Below, piece after piece: positions 1-13,280 of a stretch of 64,000 nt of DNA. Under the pieces are notes generated by a model, which worked only from the letters and a program-made list of their open reading frames with translations, was not told where the DNA came from and did no database searches. Location: the NCBI GenBank assembly GCA_028534125.1, contig CM052816.1, positions 72,976,001-73,040,000 on the forward strand. Reading direction: 5' to 3'. The position numbers and the translations under genes were made by a program. Source of the stretch: Lama glama (lineage: Eukaryota). Positions within the stretch are counted from its first letter, which is position 1; each line of letters starts with the position of its first letter.

Positions 1-1940
1 GACTCTGTATAGTGTTCCAGGCTCATTTGATGTATTTATTGCTCCAGCAGTAGAATCAGCCTTTTCTTCAAGGACCCTTGCCTTTTTTTTTGGAAAATGA
101 TATTAGAAAAAAGATTTGGGTATGAGATGTGCTTGTTGCTACTGAGGTATTGTTTCTAGACCCTCTCAGGTGGCAGAGCAAAAACTTAGTGTGCATACTA
201 ACCCATACTCATATAAAAATCAATAAATATTTCTATATGTATTCATCTGAATCTATGTCAAGCTCAAAATGAGCTCATACTGATGTCTTCAACTCTAATT
301 CATTACCACAGGCATCATTCTACCTTCTCCCCTTGCTGGTCTGCAAGCCTCTTTTCTAACAGTGAGTCTAAGCATGACTCTCATTGTCTGCTATTTACTG
401 AAATATTCAATTCCAATATACACATACAGTGACTTCGGAATTCTTATTCTTTATCCCTATGGGAGAGAACTTTACCAACTAGAGTATAAATACTTTTGCC
501 ATCAATTTTACAGTCTTCACCCATTTTCAAAGTTACTTAGGTAATTGTTCCCCTTTTTGTCTCATTCCCTTCAATTAGGGTATCTTATAAATTTGTCTTA
601 CAGATTCTTTTGTCATAATCTGCATTCCTTTATAGGGTCCCCCAAACTTAAACAATTTTTTATCTTTAATTTATATATTCTAGGTTTTACTTTTGTGCCA
701 TAAAGGGCTATGGGTTTTTGACACATGGGTAGTGTCTTGTATCTATCATTATAGGATTACATAATATTATACTGTTATATCCCCCAAATGCCCTGTACTT
801 GGCTTATTCAATCCTTCTCCCTCCTGAAAGCCCTGGGAACAATTGATCTGCTTACCATCTGCATAGTTTTGTCTTCTCTAGTATGTCACATAAGTGGAAT
901 CAAACAGTATGCAGACTTCTTGGACTGGCTTTTTTCACTTAACATTATGCGTTTAAGATTCATCATTGTTTTTGTGTAGATTGGTAAGCTCATTCTTTTT
1001 GTCACTGAATAGAAATCTGTTATATGGCTATAGCAGTTTGTTCATCCATTCACCTATTGAAGGGCATTTTACTTGCTTCTGATTTTTCACAATTTTAATT
1101 TTGCTACTATAAATATTTGTGTTCAGGATTTTGTGTGGACATAAGTTTTCAAATAAGTCGCGTAAGTACTTGAAAGTGTTATTGCTAGATCATATGGTAA
1201 TACTATATTTAGCTTTGTAATTAACTGCCAAACTCTCTTCCCAATTGTCTGTACCATTTTACATTTCAAACAATAAGAAATGAGTTTCTGTTATTCTACA
1301 TTTTTGTCAACATTTGCTACTGTCCAATTTTTAAATTTCTGCCTTTCTAAATAGGTGTGTAATGGTCTCTCACTGTTGTTTTAACATTCATTTATGTAAT
1401 AACATATAATGTTAAGCAATTCCAATATGCTTAATTTGTCGCCTGTCTGTTTTTTGGCAGGTGTCTGTTCAGATCTTTCGTCTACTTTTCAACTCAGTTC
1501 TTCATTTCTGACTTTGGAGTTTTAAGATGATTATATATTTTGGATACAAGAACTATATCAGAAATGTGATCTACAAATATTTTCTCTCAGCATATGGCCT
1601 CTATTTTTGTTCCTTTAACAATGTCACCTTCACAAACCAAATTTTTTTATCTTAATAAGATTTAATTAATCAATTTTTTATTCAATGGATGGTGCTTTTG
1701 GTGTTGTATCTAAAATCTCATCACTAAACACATGGTCATGTAGCATTTCTTTTATCTTTTCTTCCAGAAGATTTATGGTTTGTATTTTGCATTTATATCT
1801 ATGATTGATTTTCATTTTTTGGAAGCTATAAGTTCTGTGTCTGAGTTTGTTTATTTGCAAGTGGTCACCAAATTTTTCCAGATTGTCTTTGTAAATCGAT
1901 CATCCTTTCTCCATTGAATTGCTTTGGCATCTTTGTCAAG
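1..1940 (-). mobile_element. Old LINE-1 fragment (L1MC/L1MD-like 3' UTR plus 3' part of ORF2), decayed
   Basis: T-rich antisense L1 sequence (e.g. ttcatccattcacctattgaagggcatttt, cttttttcacttaacattatg). The minus-strand ORF at 1678-1860 contains an ORF2-like remnant (INLLEEKIKEMLHD...ILDTTPKA). Extends beyond the window start. Confidence 0.88.
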
Positions 1941-2044
1941 GGCTAGACATTTACCTGCTCTTCAGATGGAAGCCATTGTGTAAAATGGGCAGGTACAGAC
2001 ACTCCTTCTTCTAGTTCTAATAATGCACTGTTTCTTCCAACTGA

Positions 2045-2265
2045 AGAGTCCTTGCACATATGCCTTCCTTTGTTTGGAAAACTTTTCTTCTTCTTCACTT
2101 ATTTAACTTTCAGATCTCAAATCAAATGCCACATCCTTTACAGTCCTTATGACCATTTGTAATGACTTATTAGGATAATCTATAAGCCTGATGAGAATAG
2201 GACTAGTGCCTGTTTGGCTCAGTGGAGTTTATCCCTAGTGCCTACCCGAGTGCCAGGGACCATTT
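2045..2265 (+). mobile_element. LINE-2 3' fragment
   Basis: L2-like motifs cagatctcaaatcaaatgccacatcc and tataagcctgatgagaataggac...tccctagtgcctacccgagtgccagg. Confidence 0.65.
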
Positions 2266-4345
2266 CCATGGAAGCCACCTTAAACAATATTCTGGGAAAC
2301 CTCTTGCCCTACATCCAACATGTCTTTCTTTTATCTTAATGGAAATAGACTGGTGCACAAATTTTGAAATAAACTAGTTCAGCAAGTGAATACAGAATAC
2401 TATACACAGTGCTTTGCACTTCCTGGAATTAGTTAATTGGCTTTTGATTTTTTTCAGAAAAGAATCAAAAAAAACCCTGAAATTCAAAAGCCTGGGCATC
2501 AAATTGAAGGTCTATTATAGAAAAAAAATTGTACAGGGATGCATATTGTCAACAATTCTATGAAATTTATTCTAGATGGACCTTAGGAATCAAGTCCCCA
2601 AGAGTACATCTGGCTATGAAGTGGGAGCAAGTAAGAATCTTGTATGGGATTTGCCACTCCTGAATGTTTTTAGGCACTCTGAGAAGTCCTTCATTTTGTA
2701 AAATATCTTGCTCTCATGGAAACTACATATATTGCCTATCATGGTAGTAGTTCAAGAGCAAAACGCTTGACTTACATAGAGACATTTAAAAAGTCTTTGA
2801 ACATACTTTAAAAACCTCTCAGGATCTATTTTCTTAATATTTTGTGTGAAAAAGAAGTAAAATGCATCTTACATTCAGTACTGGAAAACTGATTTAGAAA
2901 TCATCTAAGTATGATGCATTATTTGGGCCATAAAAAGTCAGTTCTTCGCCAAAGTTAACCCCCTTCTCCATACATACATCATATGAAGATATGTGTATTC
3001 TTCATATACTTAAAATAAAATTTTGGAAGTCTGAGTTTTCTTGCCTGCATTTGAGTTAAGCAAATCAATGTAGAGCAACATTTTTTTCTATTAGTTAATA
3101 TCATGTCAAAAGTTGAAAGCACCATTTTCTTCAGAAGGCAGAGTAAACAATGCCATGAGAGCTTATTTATGACTCAAATAAATTTCTCAAAAGAAGTTGG
3201 AGATTTCATTTCCAACCATAACTTAGTATGAAATATTTTTAATTATCCTTTTCACCAATATTTATAATTAATAAAGGGAAAAACATGGAAATTTTAAATA
3301 TTGGAGATACGAATTCAAATTCACATAAGAACAGGTGTTAGGGAGTGCCAGGGCAGGCGAGGCATTGCTGGTATTCAGCTAACAGAATGTCCCTTAATAC
3401 AAAATGTACTTTTGACAATTGCGTGATGAAGAAGAAACACGTGAAATTGCTTTTATGTTGTTTATTGACCTATGTATTACATAAATGTTGAATTGTGACT
3501 CAAAGAATGAAGAATTGTCATTGTACAGTTAGGAAAGAAAAAAATGTACTTAACATACAGAGGTTTGTCAAACTTCATAAGTCATGTTAATATGAATACA
3601 TTTTCTTAAACTTGATATTCAAAAACTAAAAATAAATTTAAGTATGGATGAACACTGTCTTGAGCCTATTTGGAGCTAGCAAATTCTTCAAACAGTTACC
3701 TAAAAATTCTTCCTAACAACCAACCTAAAAGGACAATAAAGATGGAAAATTCTGGAAAAATAATAAAAGATGTTTATTTCATCAATAATTACTTAAAAAA
3801 TTTTGTCCTGAATGATGACCAAAATGCTGTGTTTCCTCTTCTAGAAGTCTGTAGTTCATGTGCATTCAATAAATATTGACTCTGTTTGTTTTTTTAATGT
3901 AGGACACTAATTAGACATATAGAATATGTAAATAACTCTAAGGTCTAGTAGTGAAAATAAATCAAATGCAACAAAAATGTTATAAATCAACACAGGCGTA
4001 TGTGTTCAAGTGGCCAAAATAATGTGAATTTACAAACGAAAGAAGGAATCTGATACTTTCCCTGGGATTTAGCAGCAGCAAATTGTTTCAGACAACAGTT
4101 TAGCAAAACTGTGATTGCACCAATGGACTATTGCGTTAGCATATTTCTAAACATTAAATCAGTTATGGAAAGTCTTAGTGTCTGGAAAGAAAAGGGGGTC
4201 GTTAAATTGCAGGAAGATCTAGCCTGGAGACAAAGGCAGAATCCCTACAGTTCTACCATATATTTTTGGCTAACCCCCTAGCAGTCTGCTTGCTTTTGGT
4301 GCAAACTATGGTCACTTCTCTAAAAAATATCTTTGATAAGATAAG

Positions 4346-4767
4346 GGTAATGAGTTGAATGGTGCCCTCAAAGTGATGTTTCTAAGTCTTTACCCCAGAA
4401 ACCTTGGAATGTGTCATTTGGAAAAGGATCTTTGCAGATCTTAAGATGAGATCATTCTGGATTATCTGGGGGAGCCCTATATCCAATAACAAGTGTTCTT
4501 GTCAGAGACAGATGAGAAGAAGACACAGACACAGACACCGAGGAGAAGATCCTGAGAAAAGAGAGGCAGAGTCAGGGAACCCCTGAACTACGCGTAGCTG
4601 GAAAGGCAATGAAGGATTCATTTCTAGACACTACAGAGGGAGCATAATCCTGCCAATACCTTGCTTTCAGATTCCTGACCTCCAGAAATCTGAGAGAATA
4701 TATTTCTGTTGTTTCAAACCACCAAAATTTTGTTAATTTGTTAAAGCAGCCAAAGGGAATTTACACA
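4346..4767 (+). mobile_element. MaLR solo LTR (MLT1C/D-like)
   Basis: Characteristic MLT1 motifs ttggaaaaggatctttgcagat, ccagaaatctgagagaatatatttctgttgtttcaaaccacc and the 3' end gcagcc...ttacaca. Confidence 0.88.
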
Positions 4768-4789
4768 ATTAGCTTCTAAAAAGACTTGC

Positions 4790-5140
4790 CTTCTGTGCTG
4801 TTCCTCAAATGTGCTAAGTAAGCCCTTCTTTAGGACTTGTTATTCCCCCTGCTTGAACACTCTTCTCCAATTACCCTGCCTTCCTCACTCCATTCAAGTC
4901 TCTGCTCAAATACCACTTGATGAGAAAAGCTTCCACTGATCACCAAAGCTAAAATAGCAGCTCCATCCCACACTTCCTTGCTCTACTTTTCTTCTTAGCT
5001 TTGACTATCACTTATCAGTGGAATATAAGCATTAGGGGATGGTGATCCTATCTCTTGTTTATTGCTATAGATTCTACACTAAGAAACTTCCTTGTACATA
5101 GTGGGTACTCGATAAATATATGTTGAATGATTGAATGAAA
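4790..5140 (+). mobile_element. LINE-2 3' end (L2a-like)
   Basis: cttcctcactccattcaagtctctgctcaaatacc...; ends in gtgggtactcgataaatatatgttgaatgattgaatgaa, the L2 TGAA-repeat tail. Confidence 0.8.
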
Positions 5141-5444
5141 TAAAGGCCAAGTTTTTGTTTGTTTGTTTCTTTGTTTTGGTGGGATATATGGCAGACAGGA
5201 GAGAAAAATAGTTTTCAGCTAATGACAATAATATAATATTATGTAAGTGATGGCCTCTACTTACCTGAAACAAGCTCACTGATGATAAAACAGAGAGACC
5301 CAAAATTCATTGCTGATGCCAGAATATTAGGAACATGTGTAGGTAAACTTAGGGGTAAAGGCACTATCTATAAATTTACGCACTTTAATACTAAGAAGCG
5401 TTATATGACCAATTGCTCATTTTAATCTCTATTTACATTAAGAG

Positions 5445-5530
5445 CATATGCATGATTGGAACATTATGCTGTACACCAGAAGTTGACACATTGTAACTGA
5501 CTATACTTCAATTAAAAAATAATTTTAAAA
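5445..5530 (+). mobile_element. Very short, 5'-truncated LINE-1 3' terminus
   Basis: tgctgtacaccagaagttgacacattgtaactgactatacttcaattaaaaaa is a cetartiodactyl-type L1 end. A possible short TSD aagag lies at 5440-5444 and 5531-5535. Confidence 0.8.
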
Positions 5531-5823
5531 AAGAGTAGTGGCTCTCAATTTTTAAGCATTAAAATTTTCTCTATCCTTTGTTCTTTTTCAAGAAGTTAAT
5601 GATGTGTAAACACACTTTAATAAAATAGGAGGGCATGCTGTTTAAAAAACTCCTGCTGGTTTAAGTGAACTCTTTTTAATGTAATGAAAGGGCCAATGCT
5701 CAATTTTTCCAAATCAGTTGTTTAAAATCACGTTTGCCACTTTAATGATAGGTAAGCTTTGTTCTTTTCATTGAGCTTTTTTCTTTTTTACCCCATGAAT
5801 TGGAGATCTGAAGTAACATCTTT

Positions 5824-7306
5824 TTTAAAATTTCTTTTTTTTAATTGACATATAGTTGATGTACAGTATTATATAATTTACAGGTGTAAAATATAGAGAT
5901 TCACAATTTTTAAAGATTATATTCCATTTATAGTTATTATAAAATATTGGCCATATTCCCTGTGTTGTACAATATATTCTTGTAGCTTGTTTAATACGTA
6001 ATAGTTTGTACCTCTTAAGCTCCTGCCAAATTTTCTCTCCTCCCTTCCCTCTCCCCATGGGTAACCACTAGTTTGTTCTCTGTATCTGTGATCTGCTTCT
6101 CTTTTTTTTGTTATAATCACTAGTTTGTTGCATTTTGTTAGATTCCACATATAAGTGATATCATACAGTATTTGTCTTTGTCTGACTTATTTCCTTTAGC
6201 ATAACATCCCCCAAGTCCATTCATGTTTCTGCAAATGGCAACATTTCATTCCTTTTTATGGCTGAGTAGTATTCCATTATATATGTATATATAATAACAT
6301 CTATGTATATATATTACATATTCTTTGTCAATTCATCTTTATCATTCATCTTAATTGTCATCTGGACACTTAAGTTGCTTCTGTATCTTGACAATTGTAA
6401 ATAATTCTGCTATGAACATTAGGGTGCATGTATCTTTTTGAATTAGCATTTTTGCTTTTTTACTGATATATAACCAGGAGTGAAATTGCTGGGTCATATG
6501 GTAGTTCTAGTTTTAGCTTTTTGAGAACGCTTCATACTGTTTTCCACAGTGGTTGTACCAATTTACATTCCCACTAATGGTGTATAAGTGTTCCCTTTTT
6601 TCTACATCCTTGCTAACACTTGTTATTTGTGTTCTTTTTGATGATAGTCATTCTGGCAAGTGTGAGGTGATATCTCACTGTGGTTTTGATTTGCATATCC
6701 CTGATGATTAGTGATGTTGAGCATCTTTTCATGTGCCTCTTGGCACTGGCATAAAAACAGACACATAGATTAGTGAACAGAATAGAAAGCCCAGAAATAA
6801 ACCCACACACTTATGGTCAATTAATCTATGACAACGGAGGCAAGGATACACAATGGAGAAAAGACAATCTCTTCAATAAGTAGTGCTGGGTAAACTGGGC
6901 AGCTATATACAAATGAAATGAGATCATTCCCTAACACCATACACAAAAATAAACTCAAAATGGATTAAAGATCTAAATGTAAGACCAGAAACCATAAAAC
7001 TCTTAGAAGAAAACATAGGCAGAATACTCTTCGACATAAATCGTAGCAATATTATTTTGGATATGTCTCCTAAAGCAAAGAAGATAAAAGCAAAAATAAA
7101 CAAGTGGGACCTCATTAAACTTAAAAGCTTTTGCACAGCAAAGAAAACCATCAAAAACATGAAAAGACATCCTACTGAATGGGAGAAGATACTTGCAAAT
7201 GATACGACTGATTAGGGGTTAATATCCAAAATATATTAACAGCTCGTATAATTCAATATCAAAAAAACAAAAAATTCCATTTAACATAGACATTACTCCA
7301 AAGAGG
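5824..7306 (-). mobile_element. LINE-1 insertion with 5' inversion (3' part on minus strand ~5824-6743; inverted ORF2 part on plus strand ~6744-7306)
   Basis: T-rich tail at ~5821-5842. ORF2 C-terminal peptide [27 protein letters not shown] on the minus strand, then plus-strand ORF2 DNA (tggcataaaaacagacacatag...). An 11-bp TSD gtaacatcttt lies at 5813-5823 and 7307-7317. Confidence 0.95.
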
Positions 7307-7977
7307 GTAACATCTTTATCTGCCGCTGGGAGAAGGAAATTTTAAGACCAGAATTAAGAAATTCCTTTTTTATACAATTCTATCATACATTCTATTAATT
7401 TTTCATAAGAATGAATAATTGAATCATCAACATTTTTTTCTTCAGACATTTCCCTTTCTTCCAAAAATTTTGGGAAATCATAAAAATCACAAATATCTTC
7501 TCAATTTTCAAGAGTGAAAATTTATTACTTTTTAATCTTCAACTAATTGTGAGTTTAATAGGCTTGTACATATCTAGTGCATTATTAAACAGAGTGTACT
7601 GTTTTCAAAAATCTTCAATAAAATTTATCAAATGAAAAAATTATTTTATTTTTGAGTTAAAATTATGGAAAAGTAATTTTTTGCCATACTATATGATTTT
7701 GTTTTTTGAGTCTACTTAAAGAATCAACTGATTCAAATAAACTTTAAACTTTTGCCTCTTCTTTCATTTTTGAGTTAGAATATGAAAGAGTTGCCTTCAG
7801 AAGTTATTTTTCTTAAGTAATGAGGATCACGACATTGACCCAGGTCATCAAGTGAATTCTTTCCTATGAATAAAAGGGTGAGGAAAAATATTGATTTAAT
7901 ATTTTACTCTGGGTTACTATACAGAAATTTTAGAAATAAGATACATGGGGGAATAAAGAGGTCATTATAGAAAGTGG

Positions 7978-8618
7978 TGTCAAAGCAAAATGTCATCAAG
8001 GTTAAATAGGCAAAGAAGGCTTTATTCAAAGCTATTATCATGGGGAGAGAGTACAGAACTCAATCTGAATTCAGCTGTTGAAAAAAATGATGGGGGTGGT
8101 CTTGAAGGGCAGGGACAAGCTAGTGGAAAAGTACTGAAAGTGGTCACAGAGGAGGTTGATCAATGGCATATGTTGAGTATATTGAGTTATTTCCTGAGTT
8201 TGCAAACAGTTTTTTCTCTGTGATTAGCCATCTTTGTTTGCTAATCAGTGCCCATGAAATATAGGCTCCCACACTTACACAGAGACTGGGAGATATTGCT
8301 GTCTTCCTTGATGATTACATTTTAATATGATGGCTCCCAGGCCCTGGAGAAAAACATTTCTTGTGTTGTAAGACTGGCAAGAGGCTTTTAAAGATATTTA
8401 TCTCTCATAGAGGCAGAGAAATAACTTACAATCATAAGCTTTCTTAAAAAATTCTCTAGGTAAATGGAGGAGAAGGACCTCTGTGTTCAGGCCATCTGAA
8501 CACATCTTATAGAATTCTTATAGCGCCAGTGTGAGAGGGAGGTCAGGGACTTAGAGGCAGAAAGAAATCCATCTAAAGTTTAGTCAAGTTGAGGGAAATA
8601 TAAAGGCCATCTGGTCAA
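7978..8618 (-). mobile_element. ERV1-class solo LTR (MER31/MER67-like)
   Basis: The minus strand begins tgaccagatggcctttatatttccctcaacttgactaaactttaga, has AATAAA near its end (tttatt at ~8021 on plus) and ends tttgaca. Confidence 0.75.
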
Positions 8619-9866
8619 TGACTTCTTAAATTTTTAAAATGTGCTGCACTCAATTGATCGTGGGGGATTTTTTTTCCCCTAATGATCTGCTTTCAATGTT
8701 GTACAGAAATAAATTCAATTCTTACAAAGCAGTAAAACAGAAGTACACATGCCCTTGACTCTTAATGGTTATTGTAATATATTCAATATTGTTTGTCAGT
8801 AAGGATTTAATATTTATAATGTGGAGGAAGGACTTTTAGGTTGTACAGTAAACATGACTGACCTATTTATTTCAAAATTAATCAACAATAATTACAAGGT
8901 AATGATAGCCTCTTCAGTGCTAATAATAAGAATCTAGGCCTACTAGAATGGGTAAAACAAAACAAAAAAATTGATATTTTCTTGCTCCTGTAACTTTGTC
9001 CACACTTTGTTTGGGTCACATGGAGAAGATACCAGGGTATTAAAAAAACAAACATTTCAATATAGGAAATAAAGCAAAGATGATTGTTTAGGCATTTAAT
9101 GTCATCCTGTAGCATTGTCTAACTGGCCCACCTCGGGTCATCTTACTCTTCAGGGAATTGTAACTTTATTTAATATACTAGTTACTATTGATTGTCTAGA
9201 CATTTCTTAACTCCATAAAGTTAGAAACTAACTTATAGAAACTTGATAAAATGCAATAATAATTTTCTTTTTTGTCTATTGAAGAAGATTGCATCAAAAG
9301 TATGTTTTATTGCCCTGTAGGTAATTAACCAATTTTGTAAGAATTTAACATTGTATTTCAAAATTTATTTTGTTTTTATAGACTATAGAATGCCAGGTTT
9401 TCAAAATGTCTCTGGAAATTGCTTTGTCATTCTTTTAGTTCCCTAAATCATGACATGTGTTTACTATCTGTGTAAAAATTATGTTTTTTATATTTTGAAA
9501 ATTATACTTTGACAAGGGGCTATAGAGCAAATCCTTGTATTGCTGTAGTTTGGCAATATAATGAGGCCAACCTATTCCTGATTCTTTTCTTTTCTTCTCT
9601 TTTCCAGTCCTGATGAATTTGTAGTGTCACTTCTCAGCTTGTTTTTTACCTAAAAATTCTATCCAGCTACAAGCTGGACCAATGAGGTGAGGCATGTGTG
9701 TGTGAATATAAGCAAAACACAATGGTGGAATAAGAGGCAAAGGGAAACAGTTCTTCATTTTTATTATATTACCAAAAGGACCCAGAATTTATACCTGTGG
9801 GTGAGATAATTACCAATATGTACAGAAGCCTCTCTAAAGAAAATCAATACATTAGTTTAACCTTAC

Positions 9867-10262
9867 TGTTGTAGACTCAGGTCCTCCCAAAGTTCATATG
9901 TTAAAGCCCTAACCCCGAGTGTGACTATATTTGGATATAAAGACTTTAAAGGGATAATCAAGGTTAAAGGAGGTCATAAGGATGGGATCCTAATCCAAAA
10001 TGACTGATGTCTTTGTAAGAGAAGGAAGACACACCAGGGACATCCATGCACAGAGAAAAGGCCACGTGCATGATACACAAGAAAAGATACAGCAAGGAAG
10101 AGGCCAGCTGCAAGCCAAGGGGAGAGGCCTCCGAAGAAGTCAAACCTGCCAAATCTTTGATCTTGGATTTCCAGCCTCCAAAATTATGAGAAAATAAATT
10201 ACTGTTGTTCAAGCTACCCAGTGTGTAGTATCTTATTATGGAAGTCCTAGCAAACTAATACA
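9867..10262 (+). mobile_element. MaLR solo LTR (MLT1B-like)
   Basis: TG...CA termini; ttcatatgttaaagccctaacccc, cacagagaaaaggccacgtg, ttggatttccagcctcca, aataaa and the end agcaaactaataca. Confidence 0.92.
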
Positions 10263-10664
10263 TACATATTTATTGTTTACTACTTATAGTCAACTTATCT
10301 TGAATTTTTAAAAGCATATCTTCCATGCACACTTGATATTTGCTGTGACTTTTATCATGCAAATTACTTTACAGTAGATGTGATGTGATAAGCCAGATAA
10401 ATTGTTAAAAAAGCACAATTTCAGTGTTTGCATCATGGATGCTAAATTACTTACATTCACATACAGTTTTCCCCAATTGCTAAGGTAGACTCTATTAGAA
10501 TAAAAAATTACTAGTTCATAATTATGCATAATGACATTAAAACACATGCAGCTATAACAACAGCTAGCTGTCTTAGGGCTTCAGTCCTCAAGATATTTTG
10601 TTTCCCAAACACTGTAATTTCATTCTCTGTTGAATGAATTTTTAATAGATATCATTTCTTGTTC

Positions 10665-11156
10665 TGTAGCCATATATAGTGGATACTATGGACCACTATA
10701 CAGATTGCTTCTTCAAGACCACACCATCTATTTCCCCAAATGCTAGGAATGTTACCTTCTAATATTTCAGGACTGAGTCCATCTCCAGGAATTTCTGTTG
10801 GGTGAAGAGAACCATCCTGCCCAAAATAATGGCCCCTTTCTGGAAGTCAATATCCAATGACTGAGCAATGTGTAGTTAAAAGGACTAGCCCCTTTTTCTC
10901 ACTTTAGAACCATCCTGAAGAACCATTCCAGCCCTAAGGCCCCCTGAGGGATTGGTTGCTTCTATTTCAACTTCATAAAAGTTCACCTTCTCGTTCTCAA
11001 GCCTGTATCCCTTACTTCCTTAAACGTTTTGTTTCCAAGAACACACACTAATAAACCGCCTTTATAAAAATCTCCTTCATAGAGCCAGCATATTGTGGAA
11101 AAATGAAACAAAACAGAAACAATTTTTCTAAACGTCCCCAAAAAACAGAAAGAGAG
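10665..11156 (+). mobile_element. ERVL 5' LTR (LTR16-like)
   Basis: Starts tgtagc; LTR16-like motifs (atccaatgactg, ccattccagccc); aataaa at ~11050; followed by a degenerate PBS-like tggcaatagaaatg and ERVL internal sequence. Confidence 0.75.
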
Positions 11157-13280
11157 TTGGCAATAGAAATGACTCTAAGAATCAGACTGTAAAATGAGTT
11201 TTTGGAACCAGGCACCCTCTGGCCAGTTACCCATGACTGTATTTAGAGTACTGATATTATCCATGATACTGTAGTAGTACAATTATTAAGACTTTCATTG
11301 ATATTAAAATGGGATATAATTAAATGATTTGATAGATACCAGACAATTGAGAGAGTTGGTGAAAGTATTCACTTTAAAGACTATGGAGTTAGATGGCTAT
11401 AAGGATTATTAAGTCATAGGAGAAAGGCAATTTTAAGCTGAGAATGATCAACTTAAGATGAATGATGAAAGCCAGGGGACTTCTTTGGAAAAATATAGAA
11501 AGACTCTTTTCTCTTACAGCTGGAAGACAGGAAAAGGTGAGGATCAGACCCAACACTTAATTATAAGTGTATAAGGACTCCAGAAAAGATTTAATTTTTT
11601 AATCCTATTATGCCAAGTTCATAACCCTGATTGGTAATAAGTAGAACCCTCAGACTTGGAATGGAAATATATGGGTCATTGTGCTCAGAAATCTTGAATC
11701 TCTAGATTCTCCAGAAGGTTCTATACATGCAGAGGTCACTCACTCCCTCCTGCCTCTGCCTTCCAAGTCAATATGACCCAACTCACTTCAGTATCCCCTC
11801 ACCCTTCCTCTCTAGGTCAACATACTAATTACTTTGAATAAGTCACAACATAACCTGATCAGGAAATTTTTGAATTGGATAAGAAAGACAAGGAACTATA
11901 CACCAGGGAGCTGCAAGATGAGCTAATATATGTCAAGGACCAGGAAAATATATTTGGGTGCTGGAGCAAGGGTGATGGCATAGAAAATTGGATAAAGGGG
12001 AAATTATTAAAAGTGGATTTCTTTCTTATGAGTTAAGATTTAACACCTGGACAAGGACCTTGGATGGAGCTAACATATGCTAGGAAGCTTCTTGAAAGCT
12101 TGGAGAAAATGACAGCCCACACCCCACACTGAGTGACGAAGAAATACCAGAATTGCCATGGAAGAAAGTAGAGAAAGGGATCAAAAGCTCAGAATGGGGT
12201 TGCTACAGTGTATATATCGCATGAGGCTGAAAAACCCACCAGTTAACCATTTTGCTCAAGGAGAGCTAGAGGACTGTCCATTTATTAAAGTTGTAAGTTA
12301 CCTGCTGGTAAAAGGACCACCAACACCATTGGTAAGTTCAGCCATAGCCATACTCGATAGGCCAGGGCTGAAGGTAGGAGTTGCTTTTAGGTATCTTAAA
12401 TGGCAGTAAGAATGATAGGCTTCTGAAGAAATGGAGGCCAGTTGTCACAATTAAACATTAGAAACCATTCGGGTGCAACTATTATAATGAACAACCAAGG
12501 AAATAGGAACACAGACAACTGTGGAGAAGCATGGTAGATAGGCAATCAATAAATTGCTTAATTTATATAATCAAAGAAAATCACGGATAAGTAGGTAGGA
12601 GGCTGAAGGTAGTTACCTCAATGTCAGAACTTTTTACCTGGTTTCCAATACTTGAGCCATTTCTTAGAACTGAAACTTATTGGAGAAGAGACTGGATCTG
12701 GATGGGAGTCACTGCCAAGTATATATGATCATGATTCTTTTAGACCGTTTCCAACGGGATCCCAAGCCAGGTACTATTTGGCATAGGATTTGAGAGAACA
12801 TTTATACTCAGAAACCTGACATGTTATCATGGACCATTGTTAGATCAGGGGCCAGGTAGTCAGTAGACTCCTGTGTCAATTCCAGCTTAGCATATAGTTC
12901 CATTGAGTCCACAGAGCTATTCACATAATTTTTTTGTCCCCTGAATATATCATTGAAATGGACACATTTAAAGATTGTCAAAACCATCATGTCATTTCCT
13001 TGACTTTTAGGATATGAGCTATACAGTAATGGAGAAGGCCAAGTGAAAGTCTCTGAAATTGGCCCCCATGCCTACAACATTGAGCCAAGAAAAATAAAAA
13101 TTAAAAAAAGAAATCTATCCCAGAAGGAGCAGTAGAAATTCTCATCAATTTCAAAGGCTTACATATGCAGGGGTGGTGGTATCCATCATCATTTAGTCTA
13201 TCTTTCTGGCTTTTACAAAAAAAGGTAAAAGAAATATAACAGTAGATCATCATAAACTCCACTGAGTACTATCCCCAGTT
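11157..13280 (+). mobile_element. Decayed ERVL internal region (HERV16/ERV3-16A3-like): gag, protease region and start of RT
   Basis: Remnant peptides MEKAK*KSLKL (~13029), AGVVVSI (~13167) and ITVDHHKLH*VLSPV (~13236-13280) match ERVL pol (GKAKWKPLEL, AGVVIPT, MTVDYRKLNQVVTPI). Many stops and frameshifts. Confidence 0.82.

Noticed and set aside
5825..7160. Four ORFs of 65-78 aa
   Set aside because: They are pieces or antisense frames of the truncated L1; one is a chimera across the inversion junction.
12158..12409. 83-aa ORF as a domesticated gag gene
   Set aside because: It is a short surviving frame in a heavily disrupted ERVL internal region with no extended ORF.
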